DNA from: Candidatus Calditenuis fumarioli
GTDB taxonomy: Archaea; Thermoproteota; Nitrososphaeria_A; Caldarchaeales; Calditenuaceae
Length of the DNA stretch: 64,000 bases
Direction: 5' to 3'
Assembly: GCA_030059665.1 (NCBI GenBank)
Contig: JANVYR010000002.1
Location: 257,441 to 321,440 of the forward strand
Both the position numbers and the translations under genes were made by a program. Position 1 is the stretch's first letter, and each line of letters opens with the position of its first letter. Under the pieces are notes generated by a model that was not told the origin of the DNA, did not search any database, and saw nothing but the letters and a program-made list of their open reading frames with translations. This document shows, in pieces, positions 1-8,883 of this stretch.

Positions 1-233
1 GGCAGTCGCAGAAGAGCTTCGTCCTAGTGTCCAGCTGCCGGTGGATCTCCAGGCCCACCCTCAGCCCCAGCTCCCGGTAGTTCAGGCCCAAATCGCGGCG
101 CCCCGCCATCGACGAACCGAGCCTGCCAAAAAAGTTCCGCCGGACCCGGAGGGCCTGCCGACGCGAATCGGACGCTCCTCGCACCCGGAGCCCAACAACA
201 ATTTATCAGAGAGATCCATGGGGTTGATCGAGG

Positions 234-863
234 ATGACCACCACGGTGGGGTTCGTCGTGGGGAACGTGGTCGTTCTGGCGACCGATACGAGGGCCACCG
301 CAGGCTTCTTCGTGGCCCACAGGAGGGCCAAGAAGATCCACAAGGTATCGGACTACATCGCGATGACGATCGCGGGGAGGGTCGCTGACGCGCAGGCGCT
401 GGTGGACCTGATGAGGGCTAACGTCAGGCACTACGAGGTCACGCAGGGCAGGAGGATGCAGGTGAGGGCGCTCGCGACGCTCCTCTCCACCTACATGTTC
501 TACTACCGGTTCTTCCCATATCAGACCCAGCTGCTGGTCGGCGGCGTCGACGACTCCGGTGCGCACCTCTTCAACGTTGACCCGCTCGGCGGCGTGACGG
601 AGGAGAAGGTGATCAGCACCGGCTCCGGCTCTCCGGTTGCGCTGGGCGTCCTCGAGTCGGAGTACAGGGAGGACCTCTCAATAGACCAGGCGGTGGAGCT
701 GGCATACAAGGCCGTGGCCGTCGCGACGAGGAGGGACATCGGGAGCGGCGACAGCATCGACGTCGCCTACATCTCGCCCGCAACGGGTTACGTTGAGCTT
801 TCGCCCTCGGAGAAGAAGGCGCTGTTCAATAAGTACGTCTATCCCCACATCATCCAGTACTGA
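234..863 (+). CDS. psmB: Proteasome subunit beta
   Basis: N-terminal MTTTVGF (Thr1 nucleophile directly after Met), GSG, conserved Ntn-hydrolase beta-subunit layout, 209 aa. Confidence 0.9.
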   Translation: MTTTVGFVVGNVVVLATDTRATAGFFVAHRRAKKIHKVSDYIAMTIAGRVADAQALVDLMRANVRHYEVTQGRRMQVRALATLLSTYMFYYRFFPYQTQLLVGGVDDSGAHLFNVDPLGGVTEEKVISTGSGSPVALGVLESEYREDLSIDQAVELAYKAVAVATRRDIGSGDSIDVAYISPATGYVELSPSEKKALFNKYVYPHIIQY

Positions 864-883
864 GCTCCATAAGAGAGATTCTA

Positions 884-2116
884 TCACTCGCCGAACATCT
901 CGACCCTTCCCGTGAGGTCCATAAGCGTGTTCATCAGGTCCAGGCCCCTGATCCTTCCGAGGCCGCCTCGGGCGCAGCTCACCTCATCGAACCTGACCAC
1001 CTCGTCCCTCCTCACGCCCTCGCCCCATATCAGCAGCGGGACCGGGTCACCGTGATGGCGTCCGTCGACGGAGCTCGTGGTGTGGTCTCCCGTGACGCAG
1101 ACGATCACGTCCCCCAGCTGGTCGATCCTGGCCCTCAGCTCCTTATCTATCCGCTCGATGAAGGCCGCCTTGGCCGATGGGTTCCGGTCGTGGGAGGCCG
1201 TGTCGGTGCCCTTGATGTGGAGGAAGACCAGGTCGTACGTCTTCAGCGACTCGAGGGCCGCGTTGAACTTCGCGTTCAGGTCCGTGTTCAGGGTCCCCGT
1301 CGCGGTCGGAACTATCCTGACGTCCATACCGGCGGCCTTGCAGACTCCCCTGTAGAGCGCGCCGCCTGCGATGACCACGCAACTCACGCCGTACCTCTCC
1401 CTCAATGAGGGAAGGCGAGGCATCTTGCCCGCACCGCGGGGAAGTATAGCGTTCGCGGGCCTAAGCCCCTTCCTGACGCGCTCCCGGTTGAGCGGGTGGG
1501 ACTCGAGGACCTCCCTCGCCTTGCGCAGGAACCTCTCCAGCTCCCTAGCGGTCCGCTCGGCCCCCGGCGACCTCGGTCTCGGCATCTCCGCCTTGACCCC
1601 CTCCATGTGCGGGTCGACGTCGGTGACCTCGTCCGATACCCCATCGCCCCTCATCACCAGGACGCCCCTGTGCTCGACGGTGGTGAGGAAGTCGAAGGCG
1701 AACTCCGAGTCGAACGCCGCGGCCATCTCCCTTATCGCCTCGCCCAGCGCCCTCGCCTCCTCCGTGGAGATCCTTCCGGCCCTCCTGTCGATGACGGTCC
1801 AGTCGTCGCCGACGGTGGCGAAGTTCACGCGGAACGCCACATCGCCGGGCCTCAGGTCCATCCCTGCGCCGAGCGCCTCGAGCGGCCCCCTCCCCGTGTA
1901 GAACTTGTAGGGGTCGTAACCGAGTATCGAGAGGTGTCCCGTGTCGCTCCCCACCGGAACTCCCGGAGCCACGGGATCCATGATGCCCGTGACGCCCTCC
2001 GCAGCCAGCTCGTCGAGCCCCGGCTTGTTGGCGCGCTGAAGCGGCGTCATCCCGTTCAGGGACCTGGAGGGCCTGTCGCCGAGCCCGTCGAGGAGGACGA
2101 TGAGGATTTTGCTCAT
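884..2116 (-). CDS. apgM: 2,3-bisphosphoglycerate-independent phosphoglycerate mutase, archaeal ApgM type
   Basis: MSKILIVLLDGLGD N-terminus, VTGDHTT metal-site motif, about 410 aa; start taken at internal Met of ORF 884..2134. Confidence 0.85.
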   Translation of the reverse strand: MSKILIVLLDGLGDRPSRSLNGMTPLQRANKPGLDELAAEGVTGIMDPVAPGVPVGSDTGHLSILGYDPYKFYTGRGPLEALGAGMDLRPGDVAFRVNFATVGDDWTVIDRRAGRISTEEARALGEAIREMAAAFDSEFAFDFLTTVEHRGVLVMRGDGVSDEVTDVDPHMEGVKAEMPRPRSPGAERTARELERFLRKAREVLESHPLNRERVRKGLRPANAILPRGAGKMPRLPSLRERYGVSCVVIAGGALYRGVCKAAGMDVRIVPTATGTLNTDLNAKFNAALESLKTYDLVFLHIKGTDTASHDRNPSAKAAFIERIDKELRARIDQLGDVIVCVTGDHTTSSVDGRHHGDPVPLLIWGEGVRRDEVVRFDEVSCARGGLGRIRGLDLMNTLMDLTGRVEMFGE

Positions 2117-2335
2117 GTGCTGAGAGTTGCGCACCCGAATTTAGCCTTCGTCCACCACCAAGCGACCTATAATAGCGATTCCGGACGATGGGGAGTGCAA
2201 CACATTTTAGCGACCATTGACGAACTAATTTGGCCAATGACATCGGTCACCTCGTCGTCAACGGCCGACCTGCGCGTGACAAAGGGAGGAGATAGCGTGA
2301 GCAGCGGCTTGAGCCACACGACGCTTTTGTCCACG

Positions 2336-2572
2336 ATGGTTACGACGCAATTCGATGTGACGTTGAGCACCGCATTCGTGAAGTTCGATCCAGTCGCGCG
2401 GTCACTCTACGTGTACCTGCAGCCGCTAGGCAGAAGGGCAGCCAGATCGATAGCCGCCGAAGGGACCACCGTGGTCCTCGATCTCGACGAGGAAGGGGCC
2501 CCGCTGGGGATCGAAGTCCTGCTGGACGACGAGCAGGCCGCCGCGTTCACGAAGGAGAGGAGACGTCCTTAG
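2336..2572 (+). CDS. DUF2283-like small protein (antitoxin-like)
   Basis: SLYVYLQ...VVLDLDEEGAPLGIEVL matches DUF2283 signature (alYIrl ... DyDenG.lVGIEIL); occupies 3' end of an otherwise antisense ORF 1496..2572; alternative start ATG 2237. Confidence 0.5.
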   Translation: MVTTQFDVTLSTAFVKFDPVARSLYVYLQPLGRRAARSIAAEGTTVVLDLDEEGAPLGIEVLLDDEQAAAFTKERRRP

Positions 2573-2858
2573 GGTACACCGTCACTAAGGTGAGCGAGCA
2601 ACCGGAACTCTTGTCCACAATGATCCAGATTTGACGACGCGAATCACCGGTCACACGTGAACTCACATCGATAGCTATTTTGTAGCGAAATTCTTTGACA
2701 GTTGGTTCAAACTTTCCCTCGGACCATAATTTCTCCACAAGTCTTACAAATTCGCTCATCTCTAACCCCATATGTTGCTCGATTCCCCTTTCCCTAAATC
2801 TGTCCATAAAATGATTGGATATTCTGCGAACTTTGCAGCTCTGTAGCGATTCTTTCAT
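2547..2858 (-). CDS. DUF4258-like protein (toxin-like)
   Basis: HFMDRFRERGI motif and C-terminal ...LTLVTVYP typical of DUF4258; low-GC (about 42%) islet. Confidence 0.5.
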   Translation of the reverse strand: MKESLQSCKVRRISNHFMDRFRERGIEQHMGLEMSEFVRLVEKLWSEGKFEPTVKEFRYKIAIDVSSRVTGDSRRQIWIIVDKSSGCSLTLVTVYPKDVSSPS

Positions 2859-2860
2859 AC

Positions 2861-3304
2861 CTAATCAGCCAGCTTCACGCTCAATCTCGTACTGTACCTA
2901 ATGTGATATATGGGTGACCCCATCTCATCTTTGTATTCGAGTGTTCTGCTAATAATATCTGGGTAAGCTTCCAACTCTATCAAATACTTCCGTCCATCCT
3001 CACAATCGTAATATACGCTATCGATACCTGGGGTCGATTCCTTTATGGGGATAATAGCCCATATGTCAGGGTTAAACCAGAAATTAGTACCTGTCGGTCT
3101 TGGTTTGTCTTTCACCACCTCCTTTAACTCTGGAGGCGTGATAACTGTCACGACGATCTGGTTTTGAGTCATGAAGCTGGGTCCAGTGGGATATTTAGGA
3201 CCGGTTTCAATCACGTTAACAATCACTGGCCTTATAAGAACAATCGTTCCGTCCTCCAAGTAAGCGTAACCGTACTCTGAACGCGCTACCTTGACCCTGA
3301 TCAT
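2861..3304 (-). CDS. Hypothetical protein, low-GC islet
   Basis: 147-aa ORF immediately upstream (same strand) of DUF4258 gene; AT-rich codon usage unlike flanking genes; no recognisable motif. Confidence 0.4.
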   Translation of the reverse strand: MIRVKVARSEYGYAYLEDGTIVLIRPVIVNVIETGPKYPTGPSFMTQNQIVVTVITPPELKEVVKDKPRPTGTNFWFNPDIWAIIPIKESTPGIDSVYYDCEDGRKYLIELEAYPDIISRTLEYKDEMGSPIYHIRYSTRLSVKLAD

Positions 3305-3461
3305 TTCGCCGCTATCTTTGGGTTCATGCTATAAGGCTTCTCAACTACTGGAGCGTTCTCGCTCGGTTAAACCGACTCGCGGACGCGAGCTGTTTGGAGG
3401 AGCATCGTACGACCGGTGAAGCCGGAATAGGCTAATCCGCAACGTTGCATCCCTCGGAGCG

Positions 3462-4559
3462 GTGAAGGTCGTCGCCTGCCTCGACCTGGACTACTTCTTC
3501 GCGCAGGCGGAGGAGCTCAGGAGACCTGAGATCAGGGGGAAGCCGGTGGTCGTATGCGTCTACTCGGGAAGAACGGAGGTCAGCGGTGCGGTCGCCTCCG
3601 CCAACTACCTAGCCAGGTCGTACGGCGTCAAGGCGGGCATGCCCATATCTCGGGCGATGAGGCTGCTGGAGGGGAAGGACGCGGTCTTCCTGCCGGTGGA
3701 CAAGCGGTACTACTCGGAGCTCTCTGCGAGAGTCTTCGAGGTCGTCGGCCGCTTCGACGTAACGGTCGAGGTGGTGAGCGTGGACGAGGCCTTCATCGAC
3801 CTGACCCGTGTCACCGGCGGCGACTTCGGGAGGGCCGGCGAGGTCGCGGCGTCGATCAAGAGGGAGGTGCTGCTCGAGACGGGGCTCAGGTGCACGGTCG
3901 GCGTCGGGCCCAACAAGGTGGTCGCGAAGATAGCGTGCGATCGCGCCAAGCCAGACGGTCTGCTCGTTGTGAGCCCGGAGCAGGTCAGGTCCTTCCTCAG
4001 CGATCTTCCGGTGGAGGAGATGCCCTACGTGGGCAGGAAGGTCGGCGAGAAGCTGAGGGAGATGGGGATCACCACAATAGGCCAGCTGGCGAGCGCGGAC
4101 CCCCAGGTCCTCGTGGCCAGGTTCGGGGAGGCGATGGGAAGGTACCTCCACCTGGCGAGCAGGGGCGAGTACGACGAGCCAGTTGCTCCGAGGGAGGGGA
4201 GGACGCAGCTCAGCAGGATCGTGACGCTGAAGAGGGACACGTCCGACCCTGAGGAGATACTCTCGCAGCTGGAGGGGCCCATGAGGGCGCTGCTCGATGA
4301 GGCGCGGAGGCAGGGTTACCTCTGCAGGGGCGTCGGGGTGATAGCGATCACGACCGACCTGAGGACCCTTACCAGGTCCAGAAAGCTGGGGAGCCCGGTG
4401 GAGGACCTGGAGGCGCTCAGGAGGAACGTCTCGGCGCTTCTGGAGGAGCTGCTGGGAGGCACCGGCGGGATCAGGCTGAGGAGGGCGGGCGTGAAGCTCT
4501 TCGACCTTGAGAGGGCCTCGGGCCAGAGGACGCTGGGGGAGTTCCTCGGTAGCGGCTAA
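3462..4559 (+). CDS. dinB: DNA polymerase IV (Y-family, Dpo4/Dbh-like)
   Basis: VACLDLDYFFAQ, SVDEAFIDLT catalytic motifs; GTG start; 365 aa. Confidence 0.9.
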   Translation: MKVVACLDLDYFFAQAEELRRPEIRGKPVVVCVYSGRTEVSGAVASANYLARSYGVKAGMPISRAMRLLEGKDAVFLPVDKRYYSELSARVFEVVGRFDVTVEVVSVDEAFIDLTRVTGGDFGRAGEVAASIKREVLLETGLRCTVGVGPNKVVAKIACDRAKPDGLLVVSPEQVRSFLSDLPVEEMPYVGRKVGEKLREMGITTIGQLASADPQVLVARFGEAMGRYLHLASRGEYDEPVAPREGRTQLSRIVTLKRDTSDPEEILSQLEGPMRALLDEARRQGYLCRGVGVIAITTDLRTLTRSRKLGSPVEDLEALRRNVSALLEELLGGTGGIRLRRAGVKLFDLERASGQRTLGEFLGSG

Positions 4560-4583
4560 ATCCACGACCTTCGAACGGCACAG

Positions 4584-5075
4584 GTGTCGGCCGAGGGATA
4601 TCACGTCAGCCTTAGGAAGGTGCGGTTCTCCGACACCGACTGCACCGGCAGGGTCTTCTTCCCCAGGTACGTCGAGTGGATCGACGAGGCCGTGGACGAC
4701 TACCTCGCCTCCCGAGGGTTCGTCTTCGACGAGAGGGGAGGCATGACCGTCAACGGATCCAGGGTCGACTGGACGCTCGTCACCGGCGAGTACTGGTGCA
4801 GGATGCTCAAGCCCCTGAGGCTGAACGACAGGCTCCTGATCAGGATCTGGGTCGAGCGGGTGGGCCGCAGCTCGCTCACCTTCGGAGGCGAGGTGCTGAG
4901 GGACGGCGAGGTGGTGGCGGTCGCGAGGATCACGTACGTCTCCGTCTCCACGTCTAGCCTGAGGTCCGTTCCGGTGCCGGAGGATCTGAGGAAGGTCCTC
5001 GCGGAGCTCGTCAGGGAAGGGAGCTCGCAGAGCGAAACAATATCACAAGCCAACCGGTCGGAAGGTCAGGAGTGA
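4584..5075 (+). CDS. Acyl-CoA thioesterase, hotdog fold (YbgC/4HBT-like)
   Basis: RFSDTDCTGRVFFPRYVEWIDEA motif typical of 4HBT thioesterases; GTG start. Confidence 0.6.
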   Translation: MSAEGYHVSLRKVRFSDTDCTGRVFFPRYVEWIDEAVDDYLASRGFVFDERGGMTVNGSRVDWTLVTGEYWCRMLKPLRLNDRLLIRIWVERVGRSSLTFGGEVLRDGEVVAVARITYVSVSTSSLRSVPVPEDLRKVLAELVREGSSQSETISQANRSEGQE

Positions 5076-5746
5076 GGCTGGTGGCGCTTTTCACGGGCGG
5101 AAAGGACTCGACGCTGGCGCTCGAGAGGGCGATCGAGGAGGGGCACTCGATAGCAGCGTGCCTGACAGTCGTTCCTGAGCCGAACTCCTGGGCCTTCCAC
5201 GAGATCTGCCTCGACGTCACGCCGCTCCAGGCCGAGGCGATGGGAATACCACACCTCATGCTCAGGGTCGGTGGCGGGAAGGTCAGGGAGATCGAGGAGC
5301 TCGGGAGGCACCTCGCCGCGCTGAAGGATAAGCTCGGGGTGGGAGGGTTCGTGACAGGGACCATCAGGAGCAGCTACCAGAAGACGAGGATGGACGAGCT
5401 GGCGGCGGAGCTGGGGATGAGGCACATGGCTCCCAACTGGGGTTCACCTCCGGGATCGGTGGTGCGGGAGGTGGTGAGGAGGGGATACGAGGTGCTCGTC
5501 TCCTCGGTGGCGGCCGCTGGGCTCGGGAGGGAGTGGATCGGGAGGAGGATCGACGCTCGGGCGCTGGAGGAGCTCCTGGACCTCTCGGAGCGATACGGGT
5601 TCGACCCCGACGGCGAGGGAGGGGACTACGAGACGCTCGTCCTCTGGGCCCCTCCCTTCAGGAGGAGGCTGAGGATCGACGAGTGGACCTCCACGTGGGA
5701 CGGCTACTCGGGAAGGCTCGTGCTCGGGAGCTTCAGGCTCGAGTGA
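5072..5746 (+). CDS. PP-loop ATPase, diphthine-ammonia ligase-like (MJ0570 family)
   Basis: ALFTGGKDST PP-loop and C-terminal EGGDYETLVL motif; 4-nt overlap with upstream gene. Confidence 0.65.
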   Translation: MRLVALFTGGKDSTLALERAIEEGHSIAACLTVVPEPNSWAFHEICLDVTPLQAEAMGIPHLMLRVGGGKVREIEELGRHLAALKDKLGVGGFVTGTIRSSYQKTRMDELAAELGMRHMAPNWGSPPGSVVREVVRRGYEVLVSSVAAAGLGREWIGRRIDARALEELLDLSERYGFDPDGEGGDYETLVLWAPPFRRRLRIDEWTSTWDGYSGRLVLGSFRLE

Positions 5747-5798
5747 GTCCCGTGGGGCGAGGCGACACGCTCATAACCCGCTGGCGGGATGGAGGGCC

Positions 5799-6425
5799 GT
5801 GCCGGAGCCTGTAAGGGTGGTCGAGGGCAAGGCGGCGCCGCTGGAGGTGGACGACGTAGACACCGACCAGATCATCCCGGCCGAGTTCCTGAAGGTGCTC
5901 GAGCGGAGGGGCCTCGGCAGGTACCTGTTCTACCGGTGGAGGTACGAGGGAGGGAAGCTCACGGGGAACTTCGTGCTGGACAGGCCCGAGTTCTCCGGCG
6001 CGAGGATCCTCGTCGCTGGTCGGAACTTCGGCATCGGCTCGAGCAGGGAGAACGCCGTCTGGGCCCTACTCGACTTCGGAATCAGGTGCGTGATCGCCTC
6101 CTCCTTCGGCGACATCTTCTACGGCAACGCCTCGAAGAACGGGCTGGTCTGCGTCAGGCTCAGCGACGAGGAGGTCAGGGAGATCAGGGAGAGGGCCAAG
6201 TCGGGAGAACTGGTGTTGAGGGTTGACGTGGAGAGGGGCGTCGTGGAGGCTCCCTACGGGAAGACCTACAGGTTCGAGATGGAGCCGCACGTGAGGGAGA
6301 GGCTGGTTAAGGGGCTGGACGACATAGAGATCACGCTCTCCAAGTACGGCGATGCCATACGGAGGTACGAGGAGAACATGCCGCGCTTCATGAGGCCGAG
6401 GCTGGAGGGCTTCACCGCCGACTGA
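5799..6425 (+). CDS. leuD: Aconitase-family small subunit (3-isopropylmalate/homoaconitate dehydratase LeuD-like)
   Basis: DVDTDQIIPAEFLK and GRNFGIGSSRE swivel-domain motifs; no large subunit adjacent. Confidence 0.8.
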   Translation: MPEPVRVVEGKAAPLEVDDVDTDQIIPAEFLKVLERRGLGRYLFYRWRYEGGKLTGNFVLDRPEFSGARILVAGRNFGIGSSRENAVWALLDFGIRCVIASSFGDIFYGNASKNGLVCVRLSDEEVREIRERAKSGELVLRVDVERGVVEAPYGKTYRFEMEPHVRERLVKGLDDIEITLSKYGDAIRRYEENMPRFMRPRLEGFTAD

Positions 6426-6428
6426 CGG

Positions 6429-6803
6429 ATGTCCTCCCAGTCGATCAGGGTGAAAATCGAGGTAGAGCGGCTCGGGTCGTTGAGGGCCGAGCTGAAGAGG
6501 TACTTGGCACCGCTGACCTACGACGAGGTCGTCAGGTCACTCCCCCTGAGCGGGCCGGCCGCGAGGTGGGAGCACGCCGTCTACTTCCCCATCGAGCTGA
6601 GGAGGGGAGCGGAGAAGACGATCTACTCCATAAGCCCCGGAGACGTCCTTTACTGGGCCTCAGGGCCCGCGATCGTCCTGGTGATCAGGAAGGGCCCGAT
6701 ACCTCCGCACTCGGTGAAGCTGGGCGTGATGCTGGACGACTGCACGGTCCTCGAGCGCGTCAGGCCCGGAGACCGGATAGCGATCCATCGGGAGCAGCAG
6801 TAG
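6429..6803 (+). CDS. Hypothetical conserved protein (possibly cyclophilin-like fold)
   Basis: 124-aa ORF in operon position after leuD-like; weak resemblance to TM1367-type small proteins. Confidence 0.35.
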   Translation: MSSQSIRVKIEVERLGSLRAELKRYLAPLTYDEVVRSLPLSGPAARWEHAVYFPIELRRGAEKTIYSISPGDVLYWASGPAIVLVIRKGPIPPHSVKLGVMLDDCTVLERVRPGDRIAIHREQQ

Positions 6804-6808
6804 GGTCT

Positions 6809-7165
6809 TCACTTCTTGGCGGCCTTCCTTCCCTTCTTCTTCGCCTTCGGCTCGGCGGACTCGGCGACCTCTGCCTCGGAGGCAGCGGACGAGGACGAGA
6901 CCTGAATGCCCGTGGGAGCCTTGCCGCCCACGACGGCGTAGATCCGGAGCCGGTTGGTTCCGTCGACGAGCCTGAGAAGGCCCTGGGAGGCCAGCTGGGA
7001 GAGGACGTCCTTCGCAACCGAGAGCCTCACCTTGAACTTCTCCGCGAGCATCGAGGGCGTCACGTAGCTCTGCGTCTTCAGGTAGGCCTCGATCTCCTTC
7101 ATCGGAGGCAGATCTATCCCCCTGATCGTCTTCTCCCGGACCTCCTTCTTGGCGGCCTTCGACAT
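6809..7165 (-). CDS. rps25e: 30S ribosomal protein S25e
   Basis: MSKAAKKEVREK...PPMKEIEAYL...VTPSMLAEKFKV signature; upstream ORF extension into CRISPR array is artefact. Confidence 0.8.
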   Translation of the reverse strand: MSKAAKKEVREKTIRGIDLPPMKEIEAYLKTQSYVTPSMLAEKFKVRLSVAKDVLSQLASQGLLRLVDGTNRLRIYAVVGGKAPTGIQVSSSSAASEAEVAESAEPKAKKKGRKAAKK

Positions 7166-7224
7166 CCTCCGGACCACCTGACCTGAACGTAATAAAAGTG
7201 ATGGTCTGTAGCTTGGTCCTCGTA

Positions 7225-8465
7225 CTTTCAACTCTCTTCTCGAGATTCATCGCTTACGAGGCGGGGTCCTGGACCTGCCCCTACTGCTTTCAACTCTCTT
7301 CGCGAGATTCGAGCGATGACGTGGGGGTAGAATGGAGCGATAACGTGACTTTCAACTCTCTTCGCGAGATTCGGAAGGCGAATCATAGATGAGGTGAAGA
7401 AGGGCAACATCACTTTCAACATTCTTCGCGAGATTCTTCATAAGCTCATCAGCATAGTCAGTCAGAACGTCTTTCTTTCAACTCTCTTCGCGAGATTCGT
7501 GTCCGACAGCAGCGTTCCGAGACCCGCTAACCCGCTTTCAACTCTCTTCGCGAGATTCGAGGCGCCTCGTCTCGCGCGACGAGATCGAGCGGCTCAAGGC
7601 TTTCAACTCTCTTCGCGAGATTCTCGAGCTGATACAAAAAGAACGCGATAGCGAGGATAACCGCGCTTTCAACTCTCTTCGCGAGATTCTGGTGGCATCG
7701 ATTACGAACACCAATTCAACTTATTCAACTTTCAACTCTCTTCGCGAGATTCGCGTGAAGCGGAGGGCCCTCGCCCGCCGGGGGCGGATGACGTGCTTTC
7801 AACTCTCTTCGCGAGATTCAGCATGCACATGGATGTGCACAAATATCATTTTATTAACACTTTCAACTCTCTTCGCGAGATTCCAGGAAGCGCCGCGTGC
7901 CCTCGTCCAGCTCCTCCCCCGGCTTTCAACTCTCTTCGCGAGATTCTTTTGGTCACGATGGACGGTTTGTCGACCGTTGGGGTTGCTTTCAACTCTCTTC
8001 GCGAGATTCGACCAGGAGGTCAAGGAGGTCTTGCGGTTCGGAGGCGCTTTCAACTCTCTTCGCGAGATTCTCCCAAAGGCTCCAACGGAGAGGTGGGAGT
8101 GAGGATCATGTACTTTCAACTCTCTTCGCGAGATTCGGGCAAATGGTCAATCACGATCGAGGGGGGATACCCATCTTTCAACTCTCTTCGCGAGATTCCT
8201 CAATATAAATTTGGGTCGAATGGGGAGCTACTCAATCCGGAAGCTTTCAACTCTCTTCGCGAGATTCCCAAATTCCTTAAGGGAGAAAAGGTTCGCCTAT
8301 TCCACCTTTCAACTCTCTTCGCGAGATTCCCGCTCGGCTCCCGGCGACGGGAGCACGATAAAACAGACGACACTTTCAACTCTCTTCGCGAGATTCGCGA
8401 GAGAGCTTGGCGGTCGGCGCTACCATATATCCTTTCAACTCTCTTCGCGAGATTCCGACCCCAAT
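7225..8465 (-). CRISPR. CRISPR array 1, 20 repeats of 24 bp (transcribed-strand repeat GAATCTCGCGAAGAGAGTTGAAAG), spacers 35-48 bp
   Basis: Repeat starts read at 7225(degenerate),7297,7359,7423(variant),7485,7545,7610,7676,7739,7806,7870,7933,7996,8057,8123,8185,8254,8316,8383,8442; leader at high-coordinate end; GTTGAAAG 3' handle fixes minus-strand orientation. Confidence 0.95.
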
Positions 8466-8655
8466 TTCCGGGAATCTCGCCTTAATTTTAGGATATTTTC
8501 AGCTCAACCTCCGCCTGCCCCCGTTTTTGCAAGTGGGTATATAAAGAGCAGACGGACCTACTTCATTACAGTTAAGTATTCCTGTAAAAGCTAATTATGC
8601 AGAACAAATGATTTCCGCGCGCTGAGGGCCGTCTTGAGAAGGCACGCAGGGCCAC
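8466..8655 (-). promoter_or_regulatory. CRISPR leader 1 with TATA box (minus-strand TTTATATA about 85 nt upstream of first repeat)
   Basis: About 190 bp, 92% identical to the sequence following array 2; contains gggtatataaagagcag on + strand. Confidence 0.6.
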
Positions 8656-8883
8656 TCCGATAGGCCGGTCGGGCGCTTCGGAGAAACGCGCACCCGTCTG
8701 ATGGTGGCAGAGAGGTCGACGGCGCCAGGGGGTCGATCAGGACCTCGGGCTTCCCCTCCACCCGTAGGCAGTCAGGAGCCGCCCCAACGTCGGAACGGTT
8801 CGTCATGGAGGGATCCTAACGTCATCGACCCCTTCCTTCGACGGTCTTCCCGAGGTCTGAGTCCGTCGGCGCTGTGTCCTCCG

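Noticed and set aside
1496-2572. 358-aa + strand ORF overlapping apgM
   Set aside because: Antisense to a well-supported gene, with R/P/G-rich composition. Only its last about 80 codons (DUF2283-like) look genuine.
3554-4604. ORFs 3554..4252 (+) and 3609..4604 (-) overlapping dinB
   Set aside because: Alternative-frame and antisense artefacts. dinB has unambiguous Y-family motifs.
7830-7869. 12-nt identity between an array-1 spacer (…atgtgcacaaat…) and the AT-rich palindromic cluster at 25622-25633, a possible self-targeting spacer
   Set aside because: A 12-mer match is expected several times by chance given about 35 spacers and a 64-kb window. There is no extended complementarity.
7394-8594. 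Multiple overlapping ORFs (for example 7394..7651, 7692..8102, 7793..8485, 7897..8208, 8211..8594 and minus-strand 7799..8119) containing repeated STLFARF / FNSLREI / FQLSSRDS peptides
   Set aside because: They are translations of the 24-bp CRISPR repeat in different frames. The same applies to ORFs 19404..20512 and 19442..19708 / 20150..20407 in array 2.
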